The notes under the pieces are model-generated. The model was not told the origin of the DNA. It searched no databases and worked only from the letters and a program-made list of their open reading frames with translations. From Planctomycetota bacterium (lineage in GTDB: Bacteria > Planctomycetota > UBA1135 > UBA2386): 64,000 bases of DNA. Within the stretch, counting starts at the first letter, position 1. Each line of letters starts with the position of its first letter. The translations under genes and the position numbers were made by a program. The stretch lies in NCBI GenBank assembly GCA_965228735.1, contig OZ245838.1, positions 832,001-896,000 on the forward strand, given 5' to 3'. Positions 49,486 through 62,800 of the stretch are shown here, piece by piece.

Positions 49486-50643
49486 CTACGGCGTCGGCGC
49501 CGCGAGCCCGTTGCGTCGGCGGCCGAAGTCTGCGACGAGGCGGTCGAGCACGGGATCGAGCAGCGGGCCGGGGCAGGCCGTGGCCTTGAAGTCGCTGTGG
49601 CGGTAGATGTGGCGCGGGCTGATGCCGTGGTCGTGCATGATCGCGCCGAGCAGCCGTTCGAGGGCGTCGACTTGCTTGCCGGTCGGCAGATGGCCGCGGC
49701 TGCCGCGCATGAAGTTGCCGAGCAGGCAGACGCCGACGTTGCGCACGTTGTTCGCGCCGCTGGCATGGGCGCCTTGCCAGCGCATCTCGCGCCCTTCCCA
49801 GATCCGGCCCGCGGGGTCGACGAGGAAGTGGTAACCGATGTCGCCGTAGGACCGGCCGTTCATGTGCTCGCGCTGGATGCGCTGGAGCTGCGCGGCGGTC
49901 GCGCTCGTGCCGAAGCTGCGGAAGTAGACCGCGGAGTGGTGCACCGTGACCCGCGTGGCGCGATCCATCCGGTTGAGTCGTCCGCGATTCGCGTTCGTCG
50001 CACCCCAGGAACGCCGCGGCTTCACGCCGAGCGCGGCCACGGCGTTGGCGCGCGCTGTCGGCGTCGGCGTGGTCAGTTCGGCGAGGCGACGCTTGAGATC
50101 GGGATCGAGCGCGAGGGCCCGCGCGCGGTCGAGGTCGTAGGTCGCGAGGTCGGCCGTGCCGGCGCGGACGTAGGCCAGGCCGCGCAGGTAGCGGGCGAAC
50201 GCCTCTTCGTTGGCGCTCGGCTTGTTGGGGCCGTAGAGCACCTGCGACGTCGCGTCGATGGCGGCGCGCGTGCGGCCGACCTCGAGCGCGAGGAAGGCCC
50301 GGCGCAGAACGACCGGTGCGGCCGTGCTATCGGGCAGCTGCTCGAGCTGCGCGATCGCGTCGTCGGCGCGCGCGAAGATCGCGTGCGACGTGACGCTGAC
50401 GGGAACGTTGATCGGGTCCACGGCGGGCGGCGGCGCGTAGCGCGGGCCGGCGCAGGCGACGAACCCGAGGCCGAGCAGGGCCGTGAGCGCTGCTGCGACC
50501 AGAGGTCGCCCGACTGGCGCGTCGCTGGGCGCCGTTGGAATGGACCGGATTTCTCGCAAACCACCCTCCTGCGGTCCGGCGACCCCGGATTTCGGGGGCG
50601 TCTGGCGACCGCGGCCAGGGCCCGATGCTAGCGGATGTTCCAC
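49486..50643 (-). CDS. N-acetylmuramoyl-L-alanine amidase (Amidase_2/PGRP) lipoprotein with TPR-like region
   Basis: VHHS, DIGYHFL, GAHA, HSDFKATACPG; lipobox FVAC. Start uncertain. Confidence 0.88.
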   Translation of the reverse strand: MEHPLASGPGRGRQTPPKSGVAGPQEGGLREIRSIPTAPSDAPVGRPLVAAALTALLGLGFVACAGPRYAPPPAVDPINVPVSVTSHAIFARADDAIAQLEQLPDSTAAPVVLRRAFLALEVGRTRAAIDATSQVLYGPNKPSANEEAFARYLRGLAYVRAGTADLATYDLDRARALALDPDLKRRLAELTTPTPTARANAVAALGVKPRRSWGATNANRGRLNRMDRATRVTVHHSAVYFRSFGTSATAAQLQRIQREHMNGRSYGDIGYHFLVDPAGRIWEGREMRWQGAHASGANNVRNVGVCLLGNFMRGSRGHLPTGKQVDALERLLGAIMHDHGISPRHIYRHSDFKATACPGPLLDPVLDRLVADFGRRRNGLAAPTP

Positions 50644-50798
50644 GGCGTTGCCATCGCGCGTCCGGGGCGGGCCCGGGCTCGACTACGGAATGCTCCGGAT
50701 GCGCGGATCCGGCCAGTAGCGACCGTCGCGGGTCGGAATCGCGCGCGGCGCTCAGGCTGCCCCGGTCGACGGTCGATAGGTGCGCCGAGGGAATATCA

Positions 50799-51239
50799 AT
50801 GAACGCCAAGGTCGTTTTGCAGCTTACCGGGCCGATGGACCACCTCCGGCTGGTCTGGCAGACGGGTGAGACCCTGCTCGAGCCCGTGACGTTCGAAGAG
50901 GACAGCGAGGGCAACCGCTACAACGTGCTGCTCGCGCTGCAGGAGATGGTCACGAACGTGCTCCGGCACGGCTATGACCTCGACGAGACCCTGCCGATCG
51001 AGGTCGAGTTCGAGGTGTCGTCGCAGCAGCTCGCGATCGAGCTGCGGGACCGCGGCGCCGAGTTCAACCCGCTCGAGTTCGACACGGACGCGGCGGCGGC
51101 CGACGAGATGCCGACCAGCGCCGGCGGCTTCGGCATCCACATCGCCAAGATGGTGATGGACGAGGTCGAGTACGAGCGCCGCGGCGACTGGAACTGCCTG
51201 CGGCTCACCAAGGACGTTCTCTCGCAGGCCAAGGTCTGA
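50799..51239 (+). CDS. RsbW-like anti-sigma factor / Ser kinase (HATPase_c_2)
   Basis: EMVTNVLRHG, DRGAEFNP, GGFGIHI. Confidence 0.88.
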   Translation: MNAKVVLQLTGPMDHLRLVWQTGETLLEPVTFEEDSEGNRYNVLLALQEMVTNVLRHGYDLDETLPIEVEFEVSSQQLAIELRDRGAEFNPLEFDTDAAAADEMPTSAGGFGIHIAKMVMDEVEYERRGDWNCLRLTKDVLSQAKV

Positions 51240-51247
51240 GGCCCGCC

Positions 51248-52816
51248 GTGACACTGAGTCCAGGTTCGACCGAGCTGCTCGCGACCGTTCCGGGTGTGCT
51301 GCCCGGGGTCGGCGTGCGCGTCGTCGGTCACGACGGGGCGGAGGTCGCCCGCTTCGGCACGGCCGAGACCGCTGCCGACACGGTGCGGCGGTCGCTCGTC
51401 GATGCCGAGATCATCGCGAGTCTGCCGGCCGAGGCGCCGGAGGTCGTCGCGCTGCTCGCTGCGTTGCTCGACCTCGTCGAGGCGCGCGAACGGCTCGAGT
51501 CCGACATGGACAGCATGAACGCGAGCTCGCTGCGTCTGCTCGAGCAGGTCGCGACGCTGACCGAGACGCTGCCGCGGCTGTCGGCCGGCGTCGACGATAC
51601 CGACATCGCCCTGCTCGGGGTGCGCGCGTGTCAGCTCGCCAGCGCGACCGAGCGCGTCATGTTCCTCGCCGGTTCGCCCGAGACGGGGGCATGCGAGGTT
51701 CTCGTGGACCACAGCATCGACGGCATCAGCGACGCCGTGGACACGATCGGCAGCACGGTCCCGATCGACGGGTTGCTCGCCGACGTCCTCGCGGTGCACG
51801 ACGGCGTCATCCTGCGTTCCGTGCCGGAGAACGAGAAGCTCGGCGCGGACGAGTCACCCGAGCGGCTGGCGCGCCGCCAGGTTCTCGGCGTGCCCGTGAC
51901 CTACGGTGCCGGCGACAAGCGCGTCGTGCTCGGTGCGCTGCTGTTGTTCGACAAGGCCGCGACGAGCTACGGCAACGACGACGACCTCGGTTCGGAAGAA
52001 GGCCAGGTCGCGGAGTCGTTCGCCGCGATGCTCGGCGCCGTTCTCGGCGCGCGCAAGACGGCTGCGCTCGGCAAGGAGCTCAGCATGGCGCAGACGATCC
52101 AGCGCCAGATCCTGCCGCGCGGCGAACTCGAGCTCGGCGGCTTCGACGTGGCTGCCGACTATCAGGCGTGCGGCGCCGTCGGCGGCGACTACTTCGACTT
52201 CGTCAAGATGGCCGACGGCCGCACGATGGTCATCGTCGCCGACGTGTCCGGCCACAATCTCGCGTCGGGCATGATGATGGTCAGCGCCCGCGCCACGTTG
52301 CGCACGCTCGCGACCGTCCGGTCGGCGCTGGACCAGGTGTTCGACGACTTCGCCGGCGCGATGTACGAGGACCTGACGAGCACCGAGCGGTTCCTCACCG
52401 CGGCGGCGCTCGGTCTGCGCGAGCACGACCGCACGGTCGAGTACGTGAGCGCGGGGCACAACGACCTGATGATCTTCCGCGCGGCGAGCGGCGAGGTCGA
52501 ACGCGTGCCGACGGAGCACACGATCCTCGGCTTCCTCGAACGGCCGGGCTACACGTCGAGTCGCATCGAGCTGCAGTCGGGCGATTGCGTGTTGATCTAC
52601 ACGGACGGCATCACCGAGGCGACCGACGCGACGGAGGAGATGTTCGGCGAGGACCGACTCGCGAACACGTTGGCGGCCGCCGCGAAGAGCGGGAGCAGCG
52701 CGTGCGAGATCATCGCACGGGTGGTGGACGACGTGCATCGCTTCCGCGGCGCCGAGGTGGTCGGGGACGACGTGACCGCGGTCGTCGTGCGCTGCACGGC
52801 GGAGGAGACGAACTGA
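51248..52816 (+). CDS. SpoIIE/RsbU-like PP2C phosphatase with GAF-like region
   Basis: IQRQILP, VGGDYFD, ADVSGH, AGH, YTDGITE, DDVT. Confidence 0.9.
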   Translation: MTLSPGSTELLATVPGVLPGVGVRVVGHDGAEVARFGTAETAADTVRRSLVDAEIIASLPAEAPEVVALLAALLDLVEARERLESDMDSMNASSLRLLEQVATLTETLPRLSAGVDDTDIALLGVRACQLASATERVMFLAGSPETGACEVLVDHSIDGISDAVDTIGSTVPIDGLLADVLAVHDGVILRSVPENEKLGADESPERLARRQVLGVPVTYGAGDKRVVLGALLLFDKAATSYGNDDDLGSEEGQVAESFAAMLGAVLGARKTAALGKELSMAQTIQRQILPRGELELGGFDVAADYQACGAVGGDYFDFVKMADGRTMVIVADVSGHNLASGMMMVSARATLRTLATVRSALDQVFDDFAGAMYEDLTSTERFLTAAALGLREHDRTVEYVSAGHNDLMIFRAASGEVERVPTEHTILGFLERPGYTSSRIELQSGDCVLIYTDGITEATDATEEMFGEDRLANTLAAAAKSGSSACEIIARVVDDVHRFRGAEVVGDDVTAVVVRCTAEETN

Positions 52817-53187
52817 TGGCAGCTCAAAAGATCCTGGTCGTCGACGATGAACCGTTCATCTGTCGGTCGCTGTCGTTCGTCCTGCGCAAGGGCAACTACG
52901 AGGTGATCGAGGCGCGCGACGGCGAAGAGGCGATCGCGGCCATCCGCGATCACCGCCCGGACCTCGTCTTCCTCGACGTCATGATGCCGAAGATCAACGG
53001 CTTCGAGGTCACGGAGCAGGTTCGTGCCGACCCCGAGCTCGACAGTGTCAAGATCATCCTGCTCACGGCGAAGGGGCAGGAGAGCGACCGCGAGGTCGGC
53101 AAGACCGCGGGCGCGAACGACTACATGACGAAGCCGTTCAGCCCGACCAAGATCCTCGAACGCGCCCGCGAAGTCCTCGGCGGCTGA
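52816..53187 (+). CDS. Single-domain response regulator
   Basis: TGATG overlap; VVDDE, LDVMMP, LTAK, KPFS. Confidence 0.93.
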   Translation: MAAQKILVVDDEPFICRSLSFVLRKGNYEVIEARDGEEAIAAIRDHRPDLVFLDVMMPKINGFEVTEQVRADPELDSVKIILLTAKGQESDREVGKTAGANDYMTKPFSPTKILERAREVLGG

Positions 53188-53342
53188 GCCGGCAACCCGA
53201 CGAGCGGAGCCATCCGGCTTACGGAACCGGGTTCGGGCGTACGGAACCGGGTTCGAGCCGGCACCCTGGCCGTGACCCGCTCCCGCCGTCGCCGCGGTCT
53301 GCAGTTTGGACCGGGTACCGTACGCCGGGTAGGTTGCTGCGC

Positions 53343-55415
53343 GTGACGAAGGCCTCCCGCCTCTGGCTGCTGCTGCCCGCGCTGTTCGCGCTCGCCTGGT
53401 ACTGGCCCGTGCTGTTCCACGGGTTTCGCAGCGACGACTTCCTCACGGTCTACTACTTCGACCGCGATGCCGAGTCGGTGAAGTGGGGGCGCGTGCTCGA
53501 AGAATGGGTGCGGCCGTGGTTCGGGGTGCGCGACCTCTACCGGCCGGTCGTGAGCCTGACCTACGGCCTCAACTGGGCGCTGTCGACGTCGCCGTTCGGC
53601 TTCCATCTGCTCAACGTCCTGTTGCTCCTCGGCACCGGAACGGCGGTCGGGCTCGCCGTGCGCCGTCTCGCACCGGGCAACGCGACGCCGGCCGCGGTTG
53701 CCGCGGCGGTCGTCGTGCTGTTGCACCCGGCGGCCGTCGAACCCGCGGCGTGGATCGCGGCGCGCACGACGGGACTGCAGGTGTTCTTCTCCGCGCTCGC
53801 GTACTGGACGTTCCTGCGCTGGCGCGACGGCGCCGGTTCGTTGTGGCCGCCGCTCGTTGCGACGTTCCTCGCGTGCGCGAGCAAGGAGGGCGCGGTCCTG
53901 TTGCCCGCCTCGCTCGTCGTGCTCGATCTGTTGCGGCGCCCGGCGCACCCTTCGGCCACGCCGCGCTGGCGGGCGTGCCTGCCGTTCTTCGCCCTCGTCG
54001 CCGGCTATCTGGTCTGGCGCCGCGTGCTGCTCGGCGTGTTCACGACCGCCGAGGACGGGCACACCCTCGCGGAGCGGTTCGAGAACGCGGGCGCGTTGTT
54101 CGCGCAGCTCGTCGCGCCGCCGGCCGACTCGGTCGCGTTCGCGATCGGCCTGCTCGTCGTGCTGCTCGGCGCGCCGCTGCGCGCGCTCCTCACGGTGCCG
54201 TGGGCTGCGCTGCTCCTGTTGCCGGGCACGACGCATGTCGTCCTCGACCAGCCCGGCGGCACGGGTCAGCTGGCCGGCCGCTTCGTGTTCGACGCCGTTC
54301 CCGCCCTCGCCATCTTCGTCGGCCTGACGGTCGGCGCGACGTCACGCTTGCGCGCACGTTGCGGCGTGGTCGGCGCGATCATCGCGGCGGTCGGGCTCGT
54401 GATCGCGAGCGGCAACTGGATCACGCGCTACGACGACGAGAACGTCGAGATCCGGGCCGCGCAGGAGGCCCTGCAGCGTGACGCGGCCGCCGCGAGTCGG
54501 CCCGGCCGGCCGTTCGGCGTCGCCGGGTTGCCCGCGCTGCCGATGCTGCAGCGCGAGCTCTGGGGCTTCCTCACGCAGCGGCCGTTCGCCGACGCAGACC
54601 TGGCGGTCGTCGGGCTCGACCACGTGCTCACGAAGAACGCGACGTCCGGCGCGTTCAACGACGCGGTGCCGCTCGCCCTGCTCGCGCGTGACGGCGCCGG
54701 CGTCGGCTGGTGGCAGAGCGACAAGCGCCGGCTGCTGCTGCTGCCGGACAGCGAGCCGGGCCAGGACGCCGTCGAGTTGGTGCGCAACCCAGCAGCGCCG
54801 ACGCAGTTCTTGCCGCCACGACCGCTGTCGCCGCTCGCCGCGCTCGCGATCGAGATCACGACCGGGGAGCCGGGCACCGAATGGCGCGTCGAACTGCTCG
54901 GGGCGCTCGGCGGCGACTTCGGAACGAGCGTGTCCAACCGCGGCGCGCCCGCGCGCGGGCAACCGGGATGGTGGGGCAGCGTGTTCTTGCCGTGGTTCGT
55001 CACCGCGCCGTTCGGCGGCGGCCCGGCCGGCATCGACGTGCGCTTCGACCTGCAGCCGCCGCCCGCGGGCACGGTCGTGCGCGCGCACGCGCGGTTGCCG
55101 CGGCTCGAGGGCGCGCCGAGCCTGCCCGCCGAACTCGGGCGCGACGCGTTCCTCGCGCGCGTGGTCGAGCCGCCGGCCGAACGCGAGAACGACCGGATGG
55201 CGCGCCTCTACGTGCTGCTGCCGACCGGCGTCTTCGCGCTCGACGCGGCGCCCGGCGCACCGACGGCGCGCCTCACACCGGCGCTGCAGAACGCGTTGGT
55301 GTTCGTCTGCGACGTGCTCGGCCCGACGCGCGTGCATTGGGCCTGGGTCGAGCTCGGCGACCCGCCGACGCGACCGCCGCGGTTCGGCGCGCTCCGATCC
55401 GCGATCGTGCGCTGA
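53343..55415 (+). CDS. Polytopic membrane protein, GT-C glycosyltransferase-like
   Basis: SDDF, YRP, FHLLN, HP..VE..AW, SKE motifs; about ten TM helices. Start 53343 or 53334. Confidence 0.72.
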   Translation: MTKASRLWLLLPALFALAWYWPVLFHGFRSDDFLTVYYFDRDAESVKWGRVLEEWVRPWFGVRDLYRPVVSLTYGLNWALSTSPFGFHLLNVLLLLGTGTAVGLAVRRLAPGNATPAAVAAAVVVLLHPAAVEPAAWIAARTTGLQVFFSALAYWTFLRWRDGAGSLWPPLVATFLACASKEGAVLLPASLVVLDLLRRPAHPSATPRWRACLPFFALVAGYLVWRRVLLGVFTTAEDGHTLAERFENAGALFAQLVAPPADSVAFAIGLLVVLLGAPLRALLTVPWAALLLLPGTTHVVLDQPGGTGQLAGRFVFDAVPALAIFVGLTVGATSRLRARCGVVGAIIAAVGLVIASGNWITRYDDENVEIRAAQEALQRDAAAASRPGRPFGVAGLPALPMLQRELWGFLTQRPFADADLAVVGLDHVLTKNATSGAFNDAVPLALLARDGAGVGWWQSDKRRLLLLPDSEPGQDAVELVRNPAAPTQFLPPRPLSPLAALAIEITTGEPGTEWRVELLGALGGDFGTSVSNRGAPARGQPGWWGSVFLPWFVTAPFGGGPAGIDVRFDLQPPPAGTVVRAHARLPRLEGAPSLPAELGRDAFLARVVEPPAERENDRMARLYVLLPTGVFALDAAPGAPTARLTPALQNALVFVCDVLGPTRVHWAWVELGDPPTRPPRFGALRSAIVR

Positions 55416-57517
<2,102 letters not shown>

Positions 57518-57539
57518 CGCGTCCTGCCCGCGGGCAACG

Positions 57540-57566
57540 CGCCGATCACCCGAGCGGTGATCGGCG
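57540..57566. terminator. Hairpin between convergent genes
   Basis: 11-bp inverted repeat CGCCGATCACC-cgagc-GGTGATCGGCG; no U tract. Confidence 0.55.
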
Positions 57567-57572
57567 AGTGCT

Positions 57573-59744
57573 CTACGACCCGAGCACGATCTCGAGCGCG
57601 TCGGCCACGACGGCGTAGTTGCCGAGCGAGCCCTGCGGGTCGAGAGCCGCCGCGGTCGCCATGATCGACAGGCCCGCGAACGCGGGGTCGGCGGGCAGCG
57701 GCAGCGGCCAGGTCGCGACGCCGCCGGCATCGCTCACGGTGCCTCGCACGACCGGACTGGCGACCCACAGCGAGCAGCCGCCGCCGAGTGGCTGCGCGCT
57801 GCGCTGAAAGCCGAGGCCGAGCGCGGCGTAGGCGCCGGGTCGGATCGCCACGAGCCGGAACGCGAACGTCGGGTTGGGCACGGTGGGCTGGCCCGTCGCG
57901 ACGATCCGGGGGGAGCCGTTCGGGCTCGGGCACGCGCTGCCGTAGCGTTCCTTATCGGCGCCGACGAAGGTCGCTGGCCGCACGAGCACGACCCAGTCCT
58001 CGGTCGGCATCGCGGGTGGGCTGCCGAGGCTGCGCGCACCGCCGCCCTGGATCTGCGGTATCGAGCCGGCCTGAAGTCCACCGCCCGATCGCGGATCGTA
58101 GAACCGCACGTCGAACGCGCCCGCTTCCGCCGTGAGGTCGAGCGTGGTGGAGCCACCGTTCTCGAGATACACGACGAACACCCGATCGCCCGCGAGGCAG
58201 TGGCCGTTGCCGACGAGCCCGTCGGCGTTCTGCATGTTCCAGAACGGAACGCGGTTGGCGGCGAAGAACTCCAGTGCGTAGCGGCACTGGTCCCACCAGA
58301 GGTCGCGACTGCGAAAGTCCTCACACGTCAGATCGGAGTGCGCGTGGGCGTAGCCGAAGTAGCACTCGATGCCGGCCCCGCCGGCCATCAGGTGGCCCCA
58401 CAGCACGTCGGCCCGCGCGCCGTCGTGTGCCGGATCCACGCCGTCGGGCACGATGCCGTTCTGGGCGTTGCCTTGCTCGTCGTTGGCGACGACCCAGGGC
58501 CGGTTCGCCGCCGCCGACTGCTGCCGCCAGCTCAGAGTGTCCGCGAACACGTTGTTCGGCTGGCTCTGCAGGCTTGCGCCGGTCAGCTCCGACCCGATCC
58601 CGAGCAGTGGGGTGTAGACCGCGGTCTTCTGACTGGGATAGGTGTGGACGACGATGTTGTGGCCGTACGGATCGATCGCCCGGAAGTGCTGTGCGAAGGC
58701 GACGCGTTGCGCCGTGGTGTTGCTGTTCTCCTCGCCGAGGTTCCAGTTGAGCGCGAGATGGTGCCCGAAACGCGAGACCAGCTCGCGGTAGTACAGCTTG
58801 CGCTCCGGTCCGAGATTGCCGCCATCGAGGTCCTGGTCGTTCTCCGTCTCCTGGGTCTTGAAGTGCAGGTAGAGGCCGAGGCGATCGGCGTGCGCGAAGA
58901 CGGTCTCCCACTGGTCAAGCTTGCTGCAGTCGAACCGCAGCGGGTCGTTCGGGTCGACGTAGGGGAAGACGTTCTTGTCGTCGCCGTTGTGGCTGTAGGT
59001 CAGGAACGACACGGCGTTGAGACCTTCCGAGGCGAGGTAGTTGAGGGCGCCGATCAGCTCCGTGCCCCTGCCGCCCTGCCACGACGGATCGCCCGGCTGC
59101 CAGTCCACTGCGTGTGGTGACCAGCTCTTGCGTCGATTGCCGACGTTCGGCGTGTTGTCGATATCCTCGTAGGCCAGCAGGTTCTCGGGCGAGTCGGCGC
59201 CGGCCTTGAGGAACCAGCTGCCGTCCGCGAACTGCAGATGATGGCGACCGACGTAGCGCAGCCGACCCTTGCCCCGGTGGTCGCGGCCGGATTTGTCGGT
59301 TGCCGTGACCTCGAACGACCCCGTCACGCCGTCGAATGGTGCGAGGGCTGCACCGGCCGTCGGCGACAGATCGACCGCGACGTCCGGGCCGGTGCGGAAC
59401 GAGACGGTGAACGTCCACGTGCCGACGTGGTCCGGTGCGAACCACGCGCGCCAGACGTCGCCGCCCGTCGCCGAGGTCTCCGCTGCCTGACCGTCCGCCG
59501 CGAAGTGACCGGGAACTTCGTAGGTCGTGTTCGAAGCCGCGTGCACGAACGTGACCTGCATGCGGTGGTCGAGGAACGGGTTGGGCGTTGCGCCCTCGGT
59601 GGCGGCCGGGCCCTCGAGCAGGACGGCGACGCGATGCCAGCGGCGCAGACCGTCGGGAGCGTCGACGGTCACCTGCTGGGCCGTCGCAACGGTGGCAGTC
59701 ACCGTCGAGAGTGCGAGAACGAGCGCGGTCGTGCGAGGGAGCAT
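57573..59744 (-). CDS. Secreted DUF5060-like / glycoside-hydrolase-like protein with collagen-binding-like and C-terminal domains
   Basis: NPFLD, VPGHFAADG, WRAWFAPD, WNLGEE, ANDEQG, VRFYDPRSG..DWV; signal peptide from ATG 59744. Confidence 0.78.
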   Translation of the reverse strand: MLPRTTALVLALSTVTATVATAQQVTVDAPDGLRRWHRVAVLLEGPAATEGATPNPFLDHRMQVTFVHAASNTTYEVPGHFAADGQAAETSATGGDVWRAWFAPDHVGTWTFTVSFRTGPDVAVDLSPTAGAALAPFDGVTGSFEVTATDKSGRDHRGKGRLRYVGRHHLQFADGSWFLKAGADSPENLLAYEDIDNTPNVGNRRKSWSPHAVDWQPGDPSWQGGRGTELIGALNYLASEGLNAVSFLTYSHNGDDKNVFPYVDPNDPLRFDCSKLDQWETVFAHADRLGLYLHFKTQETENDQDLDGGNLGPERKLYYRELVSRFGHHLALNWNLGEENSNTTAQRVAFAQHFRAIDPYGHNIVVHTYPSQKTAVYTPLLGIGSELTGASLQSQPNNVFADTLSWRQQSAAANRPWVVANDEQGNAQNGIVPDGVDPAHDGARADVLWGHLMAGGAGIECYFGYAHAHSDLTCEDFRSRDLWWDQCRYALEFFAANRVPFWNMQNADGLVGNGHCLAGDRVFVVYLENGGSTTLDLTAEAGAFDVRFYDPRSGGGLQAGSIPQIQGGGARSLGSPPAMPTEDWVVLVRPATFVGADKERYGSACPSPNGSPRIVATGQPTVPNPTFAFRLVAIRPGAYAALGLGFQRSAQPLGGGCSLWVASPVVRGTVSDAGGVATWPLPLPADPAFAGLSIMATAAALDPQGSLGNYAVVADALEIVLGS

Positions 59745-59892
59745 GCGCTCGTTGTAGCAAGCGCGGCGGAGCCGCACAGGGCGGGCAGCTCGAGCTGCCG
59801 GCGAGTCCGGTGACTGTCCGGAGTAATCGAATCGGTGCGGCCACGACGCGTGCCGTGACCACACCGATCGTGCCGCGCCTGCGGCCCGCGGC

Positions 59893-62800
59893 CTACTGCA
59901 GCACGACGTCGTCGATGCAGATGTCACTCTGCCAGCTCGACCCCGTCGTGACGAAGAAGCGCACGGTCTGCACGCCGGTGACGCCGAGGTTGATCGTGGC
60001 CGTCTGCCACGCGCTGCCCTGACTGCCGGACTGCGTCCAGTGCGTCGTCACCGCGCCACCGGAGCTGACGGTCTGCACCCGCAGGGTGCCCATCGAGCCG
60101 CCGAGCATGTGGTAGCGGAACGTCAGGGTCTCGCTGCCGTTGAACGTCAACGGCGCCGACTGCAGGTACGCGGTCTTGTTCGGGTAGCCGGTGCCGTTCC
60201 CGGACGATTCCACGTAGGCGTAGAACGACCCCTGGGCAGCGCCCGACGGGCCCGTGTTGTTGCTCGGCGTGCCGCCCGAACGGCGCGTCCAGTCGAGGTC
60301 GTCACCGCCCGTGTTGGTGAGCGCCGAGAAGCCGGACTCGAGGTCCTCGGAGAAGCTCGCGCCGCTGCCCGTGCCGCCGCCCTCACCGATCGACACGTCG
60401 TCGATGCAGATGTCGCTGCGGTAGTTGCCGCCGAGCTGGGCAAAGAACCGGATGCGGTGGTCACTCGTGAGTGCGGCGAGCGAAACGGTCGCGGACTGCC
60501 ACGCCGTGCCCTGGTTGCCGGATCTGGACCACAGCGTCGTCGAGGCCCCGCTCGGCGTGATCGCCTGCACGCTGAGCGTGCCCATGTCGGCGCCGTACAT
60601 GTGGTAGCGGAACGTCAGTTCCTCGCCGCCGGTGAACGCCATGAGACCCGTCGTGAGTCCGGCGTTGGTGCCGATGTTGGGCGAGGACGCCTCGACGTAG
60701 GCGTAGTACGAACCGACCGCCGCACCGCTCGGGCCGGTGTTGCTGCTCGGCGTGCCGCCCGTTCGCCTGGTCCAGTCGTTGCTGTCGCCGCCTTCGTTGG
60801 TCAGATCACCGAAGCCCGACTCGAAGCCGACGTCGAGCGTCGGGTCGCCGGCACCGGGACCGCCGCCGCCGACGATGCTGCCATCGCCGGTGATCTCGAT
60901 GTTGTCGACGGTGAAGTCGCTCTGCCAACTCGAGCCCGTGGTCGCGAAGAAGCGCAGCGCTTGGTCGCCGGACAGGCCCGAAAGATCGACCGCGGCCTGA
61001 TACCAGCTGTTGCCCTGGTTGCCCGAACGCGTCCAGAGCGTCGTGACCGAACCGGAGCCCGACACGGCCTGCAGCTGCAGCGTGCCCATCGAGCCGCCGT
61101 ACATGTGGTAGGCGAACGTCATCGCCTCGGTGCCGGTCATCGCGATCGTCGGCCCCTGCAGGTAGGCGGTCTTGCTCGGATAGCCCGTGCCGTTGCCGGA
61201 CGATTCGACGTAGACGTACGTGCTGCCGTCCTGGGCACCCGTCGGTCCGGTCGAGCTCGAGGGCGTGCTGCCCGAACGGCGCGTCCAGTCGAGGTTGTCG
61301 CCGCCGATGTTGCTCCAGTTGTCGAAGCCCGATTCGAAGCTCGTCGCATCGATCACGGTGCCGCCGCCCGGGCCGCCGCCGCCGGTGCTGCCGGCGCCGC
61401 CGAGCACGACGAGCGCGTAGCTGGCATCCGTCGCGCCGGTCGCGACGTGCGCGTCCTGTACGATCGACTGCGCGATCACCTCGACGGTCCAGTTGCCGGC
61501 CTGCGGGTTGTCGACGATCACGCACTCGACCGAGTCGATGCTGTTGGCCGAACCGCCGGCCGTGGATGTCGTGCCGCTGCTGAGGCCGTTGTTCCCCCAA
61601 TAGACCGTGCCGCCGGGGGACGTGACGCGCAGGTTGAGGTTGTTGACGGCGGCGAGCGAGGCGCTCGGATTGCCGGCGGGCTCGAGGAACGTCATGCAGG
61701 CCTTGAAGCGACCCGCGCCGCTGCTGACGGCGATCGTGTGCGTCGCGGTCTGGCCCTGGGTCAGGATGTCGTCCTCGGGCACGACGAAGATGTCCGCGCG
61801 GTTGTCGTAGAGGTCCTGCAGGTTGGGGAAGCCCCAGCCCTGGTGCTCGCGGCGGTTGTCCGTGCTGCCGGCGCCGAACGCGTACTGGCGCGCGCCGACG
61901 ATCATCAGCGCCTTCAGGGTCTGCGCGTACGGCCGGTTCTGGAACCGGGTGCCGCCCGGCACGCGCGGCGGGCCGAACAGGTCATCCGTGTACATCTGGA
62001 TCGCGAGCGCGTTGTGGCCCGCCACGATCGGGGTCGCCCCGGACGTGCCGCCGAAGGTCGTCGTCGAGTTCCCCGACGAATAGCCCGCCGAGCCCGTGAG
62101 GTCCGACGCCCAGATGGAGTCGTAGTAGGCGCACAGGTCGGGCTTGATGCGACCGTCCGCGGCCGGCCCCGTGCTGCCGTTGCCGCCGGCCCAGGAGTCG
62201 TCACCGGCGTTGCTGTTGTTGTAGTGCTGCACGCCGCCGATGGAGAACACGTTCTTCGCCCACGCCTGCGGCCGCGACATCGGGTCGCCGGCGTTGGACT
62301 GGCTCTGCGTCCACGGGATGCGGTGGTCGAACACGACGTCGTCCGCGTCCGCGGAGATCGACGTGTAGGCCGTCGTGCGGCTGTTGCCCCACGACGCCGT
62401 CGTGAACATGCAGTCGAAGTCGTTGACGACCCGGTTGATCACGGCGTTCCGCGAGAAGCCTGACGTCACGCAGCTGTAGTTCGTGAAGAAGCCGACCGCG
62501 TCGGGCGCCATGCCGCGCGCCTGGATCGCGCTCGTGCCGTTGCCGAACACGATGCCGGCGGTGCAGTGGCCATGCCGTTCGGCGGAGTTGCAACTCTCGA
62601 TCGTGGTCAGCGCCGTGTTGAAGTCGGGGTGGTTGCCCTCGACGCCCTCGTAGATGTGACCGCGCACGCCGCTGCCGGTGTAGCCGCCGACCGACTCGAT
62701 GTAGTCACCGCCGCCCTGCACGCGGGCGTTGTCCATGTCGTCCTCGGGCGGGGACCAGCGGTCGATCCAGAGCACCTGGTCGAGGTTGGCGACCTGCAGC

